Source: an uncultured Gemmatimonadales bacterium (GTDB taxonomy: Bacteria; Gemmatimonadota; Gemmatimonadetes; Gemmatimonadales; GWC2-71-9). From it: 64,000 nucleotides of DNA. The translations under genes were made by a program, and so were the position numbers. The stretch covers positions 75,208 through 139,207 of the forward strand of contig CAWGSK010000030.1 of assembly GCA_963825055.1 (NCBI GenBank), written 5' to 3'. The notes below the pieces were generated by a model. It did not search any database and was not told where the DNA came from. It saw only the letters and a list, made by a program, of their open reading frames with translations. Positions 1 to 9,761 of this stretch are shown here, one piece after another (within the stretch, counting starts at the first letter, position 1; the number at the start of each line of letters is the position of its first letter).

Positions 1-489
1 GACCCGGGCGGCAACGCCATCGGAGCCCCAACCCGGTTCGTGATCGGGGTCGGGGTCAACCCGGCGGCCGTCGACGCTGAGCGCGAACTCCGGCGCTTCG
101 CCTGGAAGGTGGATGCCGGGGCCGAGTTCGCGGTCACCCAGCCGGTGTTCGACCTCGACCAGCTCGACCGGTTCCTCGAGAGGGTGGAACCGTTCCGGAT
201 ACCGGTCGTCGCCGGCATCTGGCCTCTCGTTTCCCTCCGGAACGCCGAATTCCTCGCGAATGAGGTACCAGGCGTGTCCGTGCCCGACACGGTGCTGGAG
301 CGGATGCGCAGGGCCAGCAAATCCGGCCGTGAGGCCGCGTTGGCGGAGGGCGTCACGATCGCGCGCGAAATGCTCGACGCGGTCAGGAGCCGGGTTCAGG
401 GTGTCCAGGTGGCAGCCCCCCTCGGGCGCGTGCCCGTGGCGCTGGAGGTGCTGGCGGGCACTGTCGCCCCGCCGCCCGGGGCGCATTGA
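1..489 (+). CDS. yitJ: Bifunctional homocysteine S-methyltransferase/methylenetetrahydrofolate reductase, C-terminal MTHFR part (5' truncated by window)
   Basis: Open frame from base 1 (DPGGNAIGAPTRFVIGVGVNP...); MTHFR-type motifs KVDAGAEFAVTQPVFD, AGIWPL, FLANEVPGV. Confidence 0.85.
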   Translation, partial: DPGGNAIGAPTRFVIGVGVNPAAVDAERELRRFAWKVDAGAEFAVTQPVFDLDQLDRFLERVEPFRIPVVAGIWPLVSLRNAEFLANEVPGVSVPDTVLERMRRASKSGREAALAEGVTIAREMLDAVRSRVQGVQVAAPLGRVPVALEVLAGTVAPPPGAH

Positions 490-552
490 ACCGCGGTGCC
501 GCCGGGGGTATGTTCGACCCCTGACGAACCCCGACACCGAGGCCCTGCCTTC

Positions 553-1713
553 ATGGATACAACCACTGCCGCTCCCGCACTCACGACCCTGTCGGAAGAG
601 GAGGAGCTTTTCCGCGACACCGTCCGCGATTTCGCACAGACCGAGATCGCCCCGCATGTCCACGCCATGGACCAGGAGGCGAAGTTCCGTCCGGATCTCA
701 TCCCGAAGTTTTTCGAACTTGGCCTCATGGGTATCGAGATCCCCGAGCAGTACGGCGGGGCCGGCGGCAACATCTTCCTCGCAACCCTGGCCATCGAGGA
801 GCTCGCCCGGGTTGACGCATCCGCCGCCATTTATGTCGACGTCCACAACACGCTGGTGAACAACTGCGTCCTCCGCTGGGGCAACAAGGAGCAGCACACC
901 CGGTACCTGCCCCGGCTGGCCAGTGGCATGCTGGGCGCCTTCGCCCTCTCCGAGCCCGGGAGCGGAAGTGACGCCTTCGCGCTCGCCACGCGCGCGGAAG
1001 AGCGGGACGACCACTGGGAGCTTACTGGCCGGAAATTCTGGATCACTAACGGCGCCGAGGCGGAGTTCTACATCGTCTTCGCGAACGAAGATCCGGCCAA
1101 GGGGTACAAGGGCATCACCGGTTTCATGGTGGAGCGGGATTTCGAGGGGTTCAGCGTCGGCAAGAGGGAGGACAAGCTGGGCATCCGGGCGTCCAGCACC
1201 ACCGAACTGATCCTGGAGAAGTGCCGGGTACCGAAGGAGAACGTCCTCGGGCCTGTCGGGAAGGGATACAAGGTCAGTATCGAGACGCTGAACGAAGGCC
1301 GTATCGGAATCGGCGCGCAGATGATCGGCGTGGCTACCGGGGCCCTCGAGGCCGCCACGGCCTACGTCCAGGAGCGGGAGCAGTTCGGCCGGAAGATCAG
1401 TGAATTCCAGGCCGTGCAGTTCCAGCTGGCCCAGATGGCCACCGAACTGGAAGCTGCGCGGCTCATGGTCTACAACGCCGCCCGCCTCAAGGATATGGGG
1501 CGCCCGTTCCTCCGCGAGGCCGCGATGGCCAAGCTGTACAGTTCACAGGTGGCCGATCATGTCACCTCCCAGAGCCTCGAGCTCTTCGGCGGCTACGGCT
1601 ACTCGAAGGAGTACCCGGCGGAGAAATACTACCGCGATGCCAAGATCGGGACGATCTACGAAGGCACCAGCAACATGCAGCTCCAGACGATTGCGAAGCT
1701 GATGTTGCGGTAG
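553..1713 (+). CDS. Acyl-CoA dehydrogenase (short/branched-chain type)
   Basis: FALSEPGSGSDA, GRKFWITNG, KLGIRASST, REQFG, KIGTIYEGTSNMQ motifs. Confidence 0.95.
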   Translation: MDTTTAAPALTTLSEEEELFRDTVRDFAQTEIAPHVHAMDQEAKFRPDLIPKFFELGLMGIEIPEQYGGAGGNIFLATLAIEELARVDASAAIYVDVHNTLVNNCVLRWGNKEQHTRYLPRLASGMLGAFALSEPGSGSDAFALATRAEERDDHWELTGRKFWITNGAEAEFYIVFANEDPAKGYKGITGFMVERDFEGFSVGKREDKLGIRASSTTELILEKCRVPKENVLGPVGKGYKVSIETLNEGRIGIGAQMIGVATGALEAATAYVQEREQFGRKISEFQAVQFQLAQMATELEAARLMVYNAARLKDMGRPFLREAAMAKLYSSQVADHVTSQSLELFGGYGYSKEYPAEKYYRDAKIGTIYEGTSNMQLQTIAKLMLR

Positions 1714-1739
1714 CGTAACTCCTGTGGTGGCGCCCCCAC

Positions 1740-1777
1740 GGGGTCGGACGATTTAACCGTCCGGCCCCTTCGCGTTT
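1740..1777 (+). terminator. Probable intrinsic terminator
   Basis: GGGGTCGGACG/CGTCCGGCCCC 11-bp stem followed by TTCGCGTTT, just after the acyl-CoA dehydrogenase stop. Confidence 0.6.
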
Positions 1778-1866
1778 CGCAATTCGTTCGGGGGAATCTC
1801 CGCGAAGTGCGGCGTCCAGGTTGCCGCCTGATAAGGGGTTCCAGGAGGAAGCCAGCGGGGGGCTCC

Positions 1867-1883
1867 TGGGCCTGGATCTTGCT
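1867..1883 (+). promoter_or_regulatory. Candidate sigma54 (-24/-12) promoter for dacB
   Basis: TGGGCCTGGATCTTGCT has GG-N10-GC spacing with TTGCT at -12. Confidence 0.35.
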
Positions 1884-2010
1884 AGCCTGCAGGGTAGGTG
1901 TGAGATTCATCCGTCGGAAGCGGAAAACCGGTTCCGTACGAGGTGAAGGTCCCGCGGGCTCCCCACCGTCGGTCCAACGTAGCAGTCCCGTAGCTGGAGG
2001 CCGGTTCCTG

Positions 2011-3519
2011 GTGAAATCCCGGCGTGTTCTCTCTGTTGCCTTGTTCATGGCGGCCGCATCCGCGGCCGGGCCTCTGCACGCCCAGGTCCTCGGTCCAGAC
2101 ATGCGGGACCGCCTCGCCGACTGGTTTCGGACTTCGCAGCGGGTAGCCCCCGGACAGTGGGGGATCGCCATTGCCGACCAGGACGGGCGGCTCCTCTACG
2201 GAGTAGAGCCGCAGCAGATGCTCGTCCCTGCTTCCACTGTGAAGCTTTTCACCACCGGATACGCCCGAACCGTCCTGGGCAGCGATGCCCGGCTCAGCAC
2301 ACGGGTTCTCGGCCGCGGGATGCTGAATCCCGTCACCGGCACCTGGGAGGGCTCCTGGTCGCTTGAGGTGAACGGGGATCCGTCGCTGGAGAACCCGACC
2401 GGCGACGGGCCCCGTCTGGCCGACCTGGCCCGGCAGCTGGCCGACCGGGGCATCCGGCACTTGCGCGGCCCGCTTTCGGTTGTCAGCCTGGATGGGCTCA
2501 AGGCGGACGCGGAGTACCCCAGCACCTGGTCACCCAGGCATTGGGGCCGCCTCTTCGCCCCGCTGATCGGCCCGCTCACACTGCACGAGAACATCGTGTC
2601 GTTCACGCTCCGCCCCGCCGCCCGGGTCGGTGCCGCGCCGGAGATCGTCTCCGACGAGCCCCACGGGGTACGGAACCTGGTCACGGTAAGAGCCCGCACC
2701 GTGTCGGGTCGCCGCAGTCAGCTGCGCCTGCAGTCGCGGGATGATGGCGGCTGGATCGTCTCCGGAACCATCGGCGCCCACGCCCGCACCCAGTACTTCG
2801 CCGCGGTGGCCTCCAACCCGAAGGCCGTCCTGGCCCGGGCCTGGGCGGCCGCCCTTGAGGAAGCAGGCGTCGAATGGGTCCACACGGACCCGGACGAAGC
2901 CGCACCAGCCAGCTCCGAACCGTACGTCCTGGCCGAGGTTGCATCGCCCGTGTTCGACTCGGTGGCCAGCGAAGTCAATCGGCGGAGCCTGAACCTGGGT
3001 GCGGAACTCCTCCTCCAGTGGGCTGCGGGACGGTCCGGCGGGCCGGCGCTGCTGACCCGTCACGTCAAGGACATCACCGGCGACTCGGCGGTCCACCTGG
3101 TGGACGGCAGCGGGCTCTCCGGTGAGGACCGCGCCTCGCCGATGATGTTCGTGCAGTACCTGGCCAGGCTGCCCCTGACCGAGGGAGGACGGAACTTCCC
3201 CATGCTCCTGCCGGCCAACGGGGTTGGGACGCTCAAGCGGCTCAGCACGGGTCTGCCGGAGCGTGGCGTGGTCCGCGCCAAGACCGGCACCCTGCGGGAC
3301 GTCTCGGCGGTCACCGGATACCTCGGCCGGCCTGACGGCGTCCTCATCATTTCGCTCATGTACAACGGCAACAAGACCTACAACGCGCGCCAGCAGCAGT
3401 GGAGGCTTTTCCGCCTGCTGGGCGCCGACGGCGTCGCAATCCCGCGCGATACGCTCGTACCGGACGACATGCAGTTCGGTGGCGAGGATGAGGGTAGCAC
3501 CGACGCCGTCAGCGACTGA
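2011..3519 (+). CDS. dacB: D-alanyl-D-alanine carboxypeptidase/endopeptidase (PBP4, peptidase S13)
   Basis: PASTVK (SxxK), SLN (SxN), AKTGTL (KTG), DGSGLS; signal peptide; GGAGG upstream of GTG 2011. Confidence 0.9.
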   Translation: MKSRRVLSVALFMAAASAAGPLHAQVLGPDMRDRLADWFRTSQRVAPGQWGIAIADQDGRLLYGVEPQQMLVPASTVKLFTTGYARTVLGSDARLSTRVLGRGMLNPVTGTWEGSWSLEVNGDPSLENPTGDGPRLADLARQLADRGIRHLRGPLSVVSLDGLKADAEYPSTWSPRHWGRLFAPLIGPLTLHENIVSFTLRPAARVGAAPEIVSDEPHGVRNLVTVRARTVSGRRSQLRLQSRDDGGWIVSGTIGAHARTQYFAAVASNPKAVLARAWAAALEEAGVEWVHTDPDEAAPASSEPYVLAEVASPVFDSVASEVNRRSLNLGAELLLQWAAGRSGGPALLTRHVKDITGDSAVHLVDGSGLSGEDRASPMMFVQYLARLPLTEGGRNFPMLLPANGVGTLKRLSTGLPERGVVRAKTGTLRDVSAVTGYLGRPDGVLIISLMYNGNKTYNARQQQWRLFRLLGADGVAIPRDTLVPDDMQFGGEDEGSTDAVSD

Positions 3520-3548
3520 CCCGCGTCAGGCGCAGATCCCGCTGGAGC

Positions 3549-3622
3549 AGGTCGAAAATCCAAGGTCGAAGGTCAGGGGTCGAATAGCTCTTCGACTTTC
3601 GACCTTCGACCTTCGACTTTCG
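3549..3622. repeat. Inverted array of 7-nt tandem repeats, (AGGTCGA)x5 ... (TCGACYT)x4
   Basis: aggtcga aaatcca aggtcga aggtcag gggtcga - short loop - tcgactt tcgacct tcgacct tcgactt; between convergent stops. Confidence 0.9.
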
Positions 3623-3634
3623 CTTCTCAGCCTC

Positions 3635-4360
3635 TCACAGCATCAGGTGGGCCAGCTCCCGCCCCTCCGGCTTCGGCTGGTCGCCCTCCATCGGCTCCAG
3701 GGTCAGGGCCGCGCCCAGGACGGGCTCGTTGCCGGCGGGCATCCCCATGGTCAGGAGTGCCGGACGCCCCGGTCGGCTGTCGATGGTGGCGCCCCGGACC
3801 ATGCCGTCGGGTCGGATGAACCAGAACTGGTAGACGTGCTCCGGGCCTGCGGGTGGCAGGCCATGCACCACGACGTTCCAGCGGTGGGTGACCGGGTCGG
3901 CGAAGATCAGGAGGCCACCCTGGTGACCATCCATCGTGATCGAGGCCTGCATGACCCGCCCCGCATTTCGCATAATCGAGAGAGTGTCGCGGACCGCGGC
4001 GAGCTCGACCCGCTCCGCCTCGAGATGCTGCTGCAGACGCTGACCCGCCGCCCGCCCACCGAGCCAGGCCCCGCCGGCCAGGAGCAGCCCGGCAACAGCG
4101 GCGGCCGTGGCCATGGCATTCCACCGCCAGCGACTTCCGCCGGCAGCCCGACCGAGAACCGCCGAACGAAACCCGGGAGGTGGTGCAGCGGGCGTGGCGG
4201 CCATGGGCAGCCAGCGCAGGTCACGCTCGATCTCCAGCACGGCCTCGCGACACTCCGCGCATCGCCGGAGATGATCGGCGAAGGTACGTTCGGCCTCGGG
4301 ATCGAGGCTCCGCGTCGCGTAGTCCGTCCGGTGCTCGACAAACCAGTCGTGCGAGTTCAT
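3635..4360 (-). CDS. Anti-sigma factor (zinc-finger HxxxCxxC, TM, RskA-like domain)
   Basis: HLRRCAEC, one TM segment, YQFWFI and ALTLEP as in RskA; overlaps sigma stop (ATGA). Confidence 0.85.
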   Translation of the reverse strand: MNSHDWFVEHRTDYATRSLDPEAERTFADHLRRCAECREAVLEIERDLRWLPMAATPAAPPPGFRSAVLGRAAGGSRWRWNAMATAAAVAGLLLAGGAWLGGRAAGQRLQQHLEAERVELAAVRDTLSIMRNAGRVMQASITMDGHQGGLLIFADPVTHRWNVVVHGLPPAGPEHVYQFWFIRPDGMVRGATIDSRPGRPALLTMGMPAGNEPVLGAALTLEPMEGDQPKPEGRELAHLML

Positions 4361-4989
4361 CTGATCCAGTCCTTCAGGTGTGCCAGCGCCGGGCGCAGTT
4401 TGTCGAACGCCAGGCGCAGGCGGGTCTTGACGGTACCGATCGGCAGGTCGAGCCGTCCGGCGATCTCCGAATGGGTGAGCCCCTCGAAGTAGGAGAGGGC
4501 AACCACCCGCTGTTGCTCAGCGGGCAGGTCGTTCAAGGCAGCGTGGACCGCGTCATGCACGTGCCAGCCCGGCCGGGCGGCCTCGTTCGGCTCGACCGCA
4601 CGATCAAACGGCTCGGTGGAACCGGCCTCCACCCGGACCCGCCGCAGCTTCCGCCGCCAGCGGCCCCGCGCCCGCAGCCGGTCAATGGCACGGTTGCGCG
4701 CCACGCGCATGAGCCAGGGCATGAGACCGTCAGCTTCCGGGTCCAGCAGGTGCGTCCGCCCCCAGAGAGTGACAAACGTGTCCTGCACCACCTCCTCCGC
4801 CTCATGCCGGTCGTGCAGCATTCCCTGCACAAGGCCGAGGAGCCACGGCGCGGCCACATCAATCAGCTCACCCAGCGCGTCTTCGTCGCCCCGCAGCAGC
4901 CGGTCGCGCAGGCCGCGCTCACGCTCGGCTGGTATCAGGCGGATCCCGCCCGCGCCGCTCTCCCGCCTCATGGAACGTCCCATGCCCAT
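4357..4989 (-). CDS. ECF sigma factor (SigK-like); start at 4989, 4983 or 4971
   Basis: AEEVVQDTF, WLMRVARNRAID, YFEGLTHSEIA...GTVKTRLR. Confidence 0.9.
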   Translation of the reverse strand: MGMGRSMRRESGAGGIRLIPAERERGLRDRLLRGDEDALGELIDVAAPWLLGLVQGMLHDRHEAEEVVQDTFVTLWGRTHLLDPEADGLMPWLMRVARNRAIDRLRARGRWRRKLRRVRVEAGSTEPFDRAVEPNEAARPGWHVHDAVHAALNDLPAEQQRVVALSYFEGLTHSEIAGRLDLPIGTVKTRLRLAFDKLRPALAHLKDWIR

Positions 4990-5020
4990 GAAACGAGCCG
5001 GAACCCGCGGGCAGTTTTCC

Positions 5021-6181
5021 TCACGCCGACAGGGGCCCCACGGCGCGCAGCCGTTCTGACGCCTGTTCCAGCAATGGCAGGGTCTTACAGAATGCGAAGC
5101 GAACCATCGATCTCCCGCGCGACTGGTCATGGAAGAAGCTCGAGCCCGGCACCGGGGCCACGCCCACCTCCGACGTAAGCCATCGGCTGAAGGTGGTATC
5201 GTCCTCTGCACTCAACGAGGAAAAGTCGGCCAGGACATAGTAGGCGCCCTCGGGCGGCACCAGATCGAACCCCGCATCGGCCAGGGCGCTGCAGAGCAGG
5301 TCCCGCCGTGCGCGATATCCGGACGCCAGGCCGTCGTAGTATGCCCGGTCCAGCTCTTCCAGGGCCACGGCGACGCCGTCCTGAAGCGGTGCCGGGGCGC
5401 CCACGGTGAGAAAATCGTGGACCTTCCGGATGGCGCCGGTCAGGGCGGGCGGCGCGACAATCCAGCCCACCCGCCAGCCGGTGACACTGAACGTCTTGGA
5501 GGCCCCGCTGATGGTGACGGTCCGCTCCGCCATGCCCGGAAACGTGGCCAGCGGCCGGTGCTCTCCAGTGTACCGGATGTGCTCGTAGATCTCGTCGGTA
5601 AAGGCCAGCAGGTCATGCGTCCGGCAGAGGCTGGCGACGCCCTCCAGCTCGGCCGGGGTGAGCACGCGCCCCGAGGGGTTGCCCGGGGTATTGACGATGA
5701 TCGCTCGCGTGCGCGGGGAGACGCTTTCCTTGAGCCGGTCCAGGTCGAGCGGCCGCCCCGGCTCCAGCGGTACGAACACGGGAGTCGCGCCACAGAGAAT
5801 GGCGTCGGGTCCGTAATTCTCGTAGAACGGCTCCGGCACGATCACCTCGTCGCCCGGATCGACCAGGGCCAGCAGGGTGGACGCCATCGCTTCCGTCGCC
5901 CCGCATGTCACCGTCAGCATCGTCTCCGGGTCGACGGCCATGCCATACCATTCCCCGTAGCGGAGCGCGAGCACCTCGCGCAGCCGCTTGCTCCCCCATG
6001 TGATCGCGTACTGGTTGACATCCGCCCGGATCGCCCGGCAAGCCGCCTCCTTCAGGGAATCCGGGGCGGGAAAGTCGGGGAAGCCCTGCGCCAGGTTGAT
6101 GGCATCGTGCTGGCGCGCCAGGCGGGTCATTCCCCGGATGACGGACTCGTTGAAGGCGTGCGTGCGGCGAGCGGTGCGCAT
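5021..6181 (-). CDS. PLP-dependent aminotransferase class I/II (YbdL/kynurenine aminotransferase-like)
   Basis: INLAQGFPDF, NTPGNPSG, DEIYEH, SKTFSVTGWRVG, VRFAFCK. Confidence 0.93.
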   Translation of the reverse strand: MRTARRTHAFNESVIRGMTRLARQHDAINLAQGFPDFPAPDSLKEAACRAIRADVNQYAITWGSKRLREVLALRYGEWYGMAVDPETMLTVTCGATEAMASTLLALVDPGDEVIVPEPFYENYGPDAILCGATPVFVPLEPGRPLDLDRLKESVSPRTRAIIVNTPGNPSGRVLTPAELEGVASLCRTHDLLAFTDEIYEHIRYTGEHRPLATFPGMAERTVTISGASKTFSVTGWRVGWIVAPPALTGAIRKVHDFLTVGAPAPLQDGVAVALEELDRAYYDGLASGYRARRDLLCSALADAGFDLVPPEGAYYVLADFSSLSAEDDTTFSRWLTSEVGVAPVPGSSFFHDQSRGRSMVRFAFCKTLPLLEQASERLRAVGPLSA

Positions 6182-6268
6182 TGCAGGTCTCGGGGGAAGG
6201 GGGCCCCGGCAAAATGGCCCCCCCGGTCAAGGACCGGGAGGGCCGGATTGATCACTCGCGGGAGGAAG

Positions 6269-6487
6269 TCAGCTGCGGCGGCCCGCCGTGACGAGCAACA
6301 CGATACCACCCACAATGGCGATCCCGCCGATGATCGGGGGAATCGGAACCGTCTTGTTGTGCTCGGTGGTGATTTCCACCGGCCCGAGGTCGGTCGAGTC
6401 CTTGTCCCGGTATGTCACGCCCTGATAGATCAGCGCGAGAATGCCGCCGACAATGAGCACGATTCCGAGGATACCCATGGGCTTCAT
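6269..6487 (-). CDS. Small two-TM membrane protein (DUF3185-like)
   Basis: Two hydrophobic helices flanking DLGPVEIT...TVPIPP; 1-bp overlap with upstream gene. Confidence 0.75.
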   Translation of the reverse strand: MKPMGILGIVLIVGGILALIYQGVTYRDKDSTDLGPVEITTEHNKTVPIPPIIGGIAIVGGIVLLVTAGRRS

Positions 6488-6672
6488 CAGCGGGCTCCGG
6501 AATGGGGCGTGTGGTCCATGCTGTGGAACTCACGGGTCCCCTGGAGCAGACGCACGACCGACAGGATGATGGCCAGAATCAGCAACCCGTGGATCAGGCC
6601 GCCGAAGGTTACCGAGAGTATGAGCCCGGCGAGCCAGAGAACGAGCAACAAGGCAATGACGACACTGAGCAT
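6487..6672 (-). CDS. lmo0937-family small membrane protein
   Basis: LLVLWLAG...GGLIHGLLILA signature; GGAG RBS upstream. Confidence 0.75.
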   Translation of the reverse strand: MLSVVIALLLVLWLAGLILSVTFGGLIHGLLILAIILSVVRLLQGTREFHSMDHTPHSGAR

Positions 6673-6749
6673 GCAATCTCCTGCATTGATGTGACAATGT
6701 GGGCCGAGTCCGGCCTCTGGTCATTGTGCTCCTCTGCGCGTGAAGTAGC

Positions 6750-6765
6750 CGTGACCCATATCACA
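6750..6765. promoter_or_regulatory. Possible CRP/FNR-family binding site
   Basis: CGTGA-CCCATA-TCACA matches TGTGA-N6-TCACA at 9/10 positions, in a divergent intergenic region. Confidence 0.3.
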
Positions 6766-6839
6766 TGCCTCGGATGGCCTGCTTTGCGGTCACCCTGCGG
6801 CCCCCCTTACATTCGGCCACCGCACTCATCGGGGGCCTG

Positions 6840-7037
6840 ATGGCTTCACCTGAACGACCGGCGCCATGGGCGCTGGCGGCGCTCGTGCATCTCGTCCTGC
6901 TGGCCTCGGTGCTCATCATGGCCGGGACCGCCTGGTTCCTGCGCACCTCAGGCATGATGGGGCCCGCCAGCCCCGATGACGGTGCCGGCCTCGGACTCCT
7001 GCTCTTCAGCGCCCCGGCCCGCATCGGACCCGCGTAA
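6840..7037 (+). CDS. Hypothetical small membrane protein
   Basis: 65-aa ORF with a hydrophobic helix, filling the gap before the M42 gene. Confidence 0.4.
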   Translation: MASPERPAPWALAALVHLVLLASVLIMAGTAWFLRTSGMMGPASPDDGAGLGLLLFSAPARIGPA

Positions 7038-7066
7038 CCACACCTTTCCCCTGACCCGGCACGGAA

Positions 7067-8134
7067 ATGCAGAAGACGTCCCTCACCTTTCTCGAACGAC
7101 TGCTCGACAGCCCCGGCCCTTCCGGCTTCGAACGTGCCCCGGCCCGGATCTGGCGCGGCGAGGCGGAATCCATCGCGGACCTGGTCCGGGGCGATGTCGG
7201 CGGGAATTCCTACGCGACACTGAACGCCGAGGGCCGCCCGCGAGTGATGTTCGCGGGGCATATCGACGAGATCGGCATCATGGTGACCTGGATCGACGAG
7301 AACGGTTTCATCTTCTTCGACACGATCGGCGGGTGGGACCACCAGGTGTTCGTGGGACAGCGGATCCAGGTGCTCGGCCGCGACGGGCTCGTGCCGGGTG
7401 TGATCGGCAAGCAGGCGATCCACATGATCGACAAGGACGACCGCGACAAGGTCAGCAAGGCCTCCGATCTCTGGATCGACATCGGGGCACAGGACCGTGC
7501 GGACGCCCAGTCCCGCGTGCGCGTGGGCGACGCGGGCGTGCTCGCGGCGGAGCTCCAGCACCTGCCCGGCGGCCGTCTCGTGAGCCGCAGCCTCGACAAC
7601 CGGGTCGGCGCATTCGTGGTCCTCGAGGCGCTGCGGCTCCTTGCCGATGACCGTCCAGCCGCCGCCGTTACCGCGGTGGCCACGACCCAGGAGGAAATCG
7701 CCTATACCGGCGGAGGGGCGCGAACCTCTGCCACGGGGCTCGAGGCCGAGGTGGCGGTCGTGGTGGATGTCACGCATGCCACCGACTTCCCCGGCGTGGA
7801 GAAGAAGAAGCATGGCGAGGTGTCGCTGGGAGGTGGGCCAGTGCTCTCGCGCGGCTCCGCGGTACACACCGGCGTGTTCGAGGAACTCGTGCGGGTGGCG
7901 GAGGCGGAGAAAATCCCCTTCACCCTGCAGGCGGCGCCCTGCGTCACGGGCACCGACGCCGATGCGATCTTCACCGCGCACCGCGGGGTCGCCACCGGTC
8001 TGGTTTCGGTGCCGCTCCGCTACATGCACAGCCCGAACGAAATGGTGATGCTGGAGGACCTGACCCAGACGGCCCGTCTGCTCGCGGCGTTCGCCCGCGC
8101 GCTCGGCAACCGAACCGACTTCGAGACCCGCTAA
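7067..8134 (+). CDS. M42 family metallo-aminopeptidase
   Basis: GPSGFE, GHIDEIG, LDNRVG, QEEI, GTDADA, RYMHSPNE. Confidence 0.93.
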   Translation: MQKTSLTFLERLLDSPGPSGFERAPARIWRGEAESIADLVRGDVGGNSYATLNAEGRPRVMFAGHIDEIGIMVTWIDENGFIFFDTIGGWDHQVFVGQRIQVLGRDGLVPGVIGKQAIHMIDKDDRDKVSKASDLWIDIGAQDRADAQSRVRVGDAGVLAAELQHLPGGRLVSRSLDNRVGAFVVLEALRLLADDRPAAAVTAVATTQEEIAYTGGGARTSATGLEAEVAVVVDVTHATDFPGVEKKKHGEVSLGGGPVLSRGSAVHTGVFEELVRVAEAEKIPFTLQAAPCVTGTDADAIFTAHRGVATGLVSVPLRYMHSPNEMVMLEDLTQTARLLAAFARALGNRTDFETR

Positions 8135-9633
8135 CCCTCTTCGCGGCGCTCCAGGGCCTCGCGGGCAGCGGCCGCGGCCGTGCGCACCTCATCGTCCCGG
8201 TCGTCCTCGAGGCGTCGGAGCGCCGTGACCGCGGTGCGGCCGCCCGCGGTGCGAAGCCCGGCGACCGCCGCCAGGCGGGCCCCCAGCGGACGGCGCCGGA
8301 AGAGGCGTCGCGCCGGCAGGGCCCGGTCCGCCAGCACCCGCGCCGCATCCTCCGTCCCGATTCGTCCCAGGGCATGCAGCAGTTCGTGCAGGATATCCGC
8401 CTCTTCCTCATGATCGAGCCGCCCCACGATGGCCGGCACGAGGTTCCGGAAGCTGACGCTACCGATCGTCATGGCCACCTGCAGCCGGACGGCGGTGGAT
8501 GGATCGGACAGCGCGCGCCGGAGCGGGTCCATGGCGGCGACGGTGCCGATCTTCCCAAGGGCGCCGGCGGCCGAGCGCCTCACCCGTTCATCACGGTGGT
8601 CCATGGCACGCGCGAGCCCGGGAATGGCCTCGGCGAGGCCCATCTCGCCGCACAGGTCCGCCACGTTCCGGACCACGAACCATTCGTCGTGATCCAGCAT
8701 GTTCACCAGGAGCCCGTGACCCTCCCGCATGTGCAGGATCGCGGAGAAGTACGACCGCCGCTCCCCCACATCCGTCGCCGCCACGAGATGACGCAGCAGC
8801 ACCTCCGTGGCCTCCCCCCCGTACGACCGCAGGATGGCGACGGCCCGCTCCTTGTGGGCTCCGGAGGGGACAAACTCCGCGACCCGCTCCAGGGAGAAGC
8901 GCGGGACGAGGCGGCGGAGAGCAATGCCATAGAGCCGGCGATGCTCGTCATGAGTCGCCCGGTCCTCCAGCTCGGCGAGACGTGCCCCGACGGTCAACAC
9001 GTCGTTCCAGATCTCCGTCTGCGCCGCCATCTCACCGAAGCTCACCACGGCATCCAGCAGTTCCGCGATCTGCGTATCGGTCTCGGCGGCCTCGAGGTCA
9101 GCCAGGAGCTGCTCGGTTTCGCTGCTGGTCTGCCGCTCGACGGACATGAAGTGGATCAGCTCCGGCGTCATCTCGGTCGAGGCCCCGACTCCCAGGGCTT
9201 CGAGCCGGTGATCCGCCGGGGAACTGCTGGCTTCGGGAAGCGGCGGGCGGAAGTCCACTCCCCGTATGCCCTCCGCCGTCAGATGGTCCAGACGTTGCTG
9301 GAGCCGCGGATACTGCTCCGGCGAGGCCACCACGGTTCGGAGCGCGCCGAGTAGCTGGGTGGCGGGCAGCCCGCCGGGGAGATGGACTTCGCCGATGCCT
9401 CGCTTCAGGAGCTCGCTGCGGAGGTGGTCGAGGGCTTCGTCCCCGCCCACCGGGACGGTGACGCCGTTGAACACCAGGGCCCCGAAACGGACGGCCAGGG
9501 CCAGTTCCTGGTCGCCATGCCGCGCAAGAAATGCGCGAAAGGCCGCGCGCTGATCCTCCAGGGGCGCATGCGCGTCCTGCAGGAGGGTGAGAACGCGGGC
9601 CAGGGTGACCAGCGAGACAGAATCAGATTCCAT
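8131..9633 (-). CDS. HEAT-repeat protein
   Basis: Repeated WFVVRNVA, ERVRRSAAGALGKIG, AVRLQVA, EVRTAA helical motifs. Confidence 0.8.
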   Translation of the reverse strand: MESDSVSLVTLARVLTLLQDAHAPLEDQRAAFRAFLARHGDQELALAVRFGALVFNGVTVPVGGDEALDHLRSELLKRGIGEVHLPGGLPATQLLGALRTVVASPEQYPRLQQRLDHLTAEGIRGVDFRPPLPEASSSPADHRLEALGVGASTEMTPELIHFMSVERQTSSETEQLLADLEAAETDTQIAELLDAVVSFGEMAAQTEIWNDVLTVGARLAELEDRATHDEHRRLYGIALRRLVPRFSLERVAEFVPSGAHKERAVAILRSYGGEATEVLLRHLVAATDVGERRSYFSAILHMREGHGLLVNMLDHDEWFVVRNVADLCGEMGLAEAIPGLARAMDHRDERVRRSAAGALGKIGTVAAMDPLRRALSDPSTAVRLQVAMTIGSVSFRNLVPAIVGRLDHEEEADILHELLHALGRIGTEDAARVLADRALPARRLFRRRPLGARLAAVAGLRTAGGRTAVTALRRLEDDRDDEVRTAAAAAREALERREEG

Positions 9634-9761
9634 GCATCATGAGCAGGAATGGGTAGAGGGAGTCCGGCCAAGATACCCCCACACCACCGGCCCGGCAATG
9701 CGCGGAAGCGCTCCCCTGCCGCCGTTGACGCCCCGCTATCCCGGAGGTTTTCTTCCCAGTC

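Noticed and set aside
1890..2000. Possible c-di-GMP or c-di-AMP riboswitch upstream of dacB
   Set aside because: Consensus elements could not be matched by eye; an Rfam scan would be needed
4991..5020. ECF promoter GAAAAC...CGTTT upstream of the first ECF gene
   Set aside because: 18-nt spacer is longer than the usual 16-17; too weak to call
8131..9633. HEAT-repeat protein as a defence-system component
   Set aside because: No adjacent nuclease, NTPase or other defence genes; flanked by peptidases
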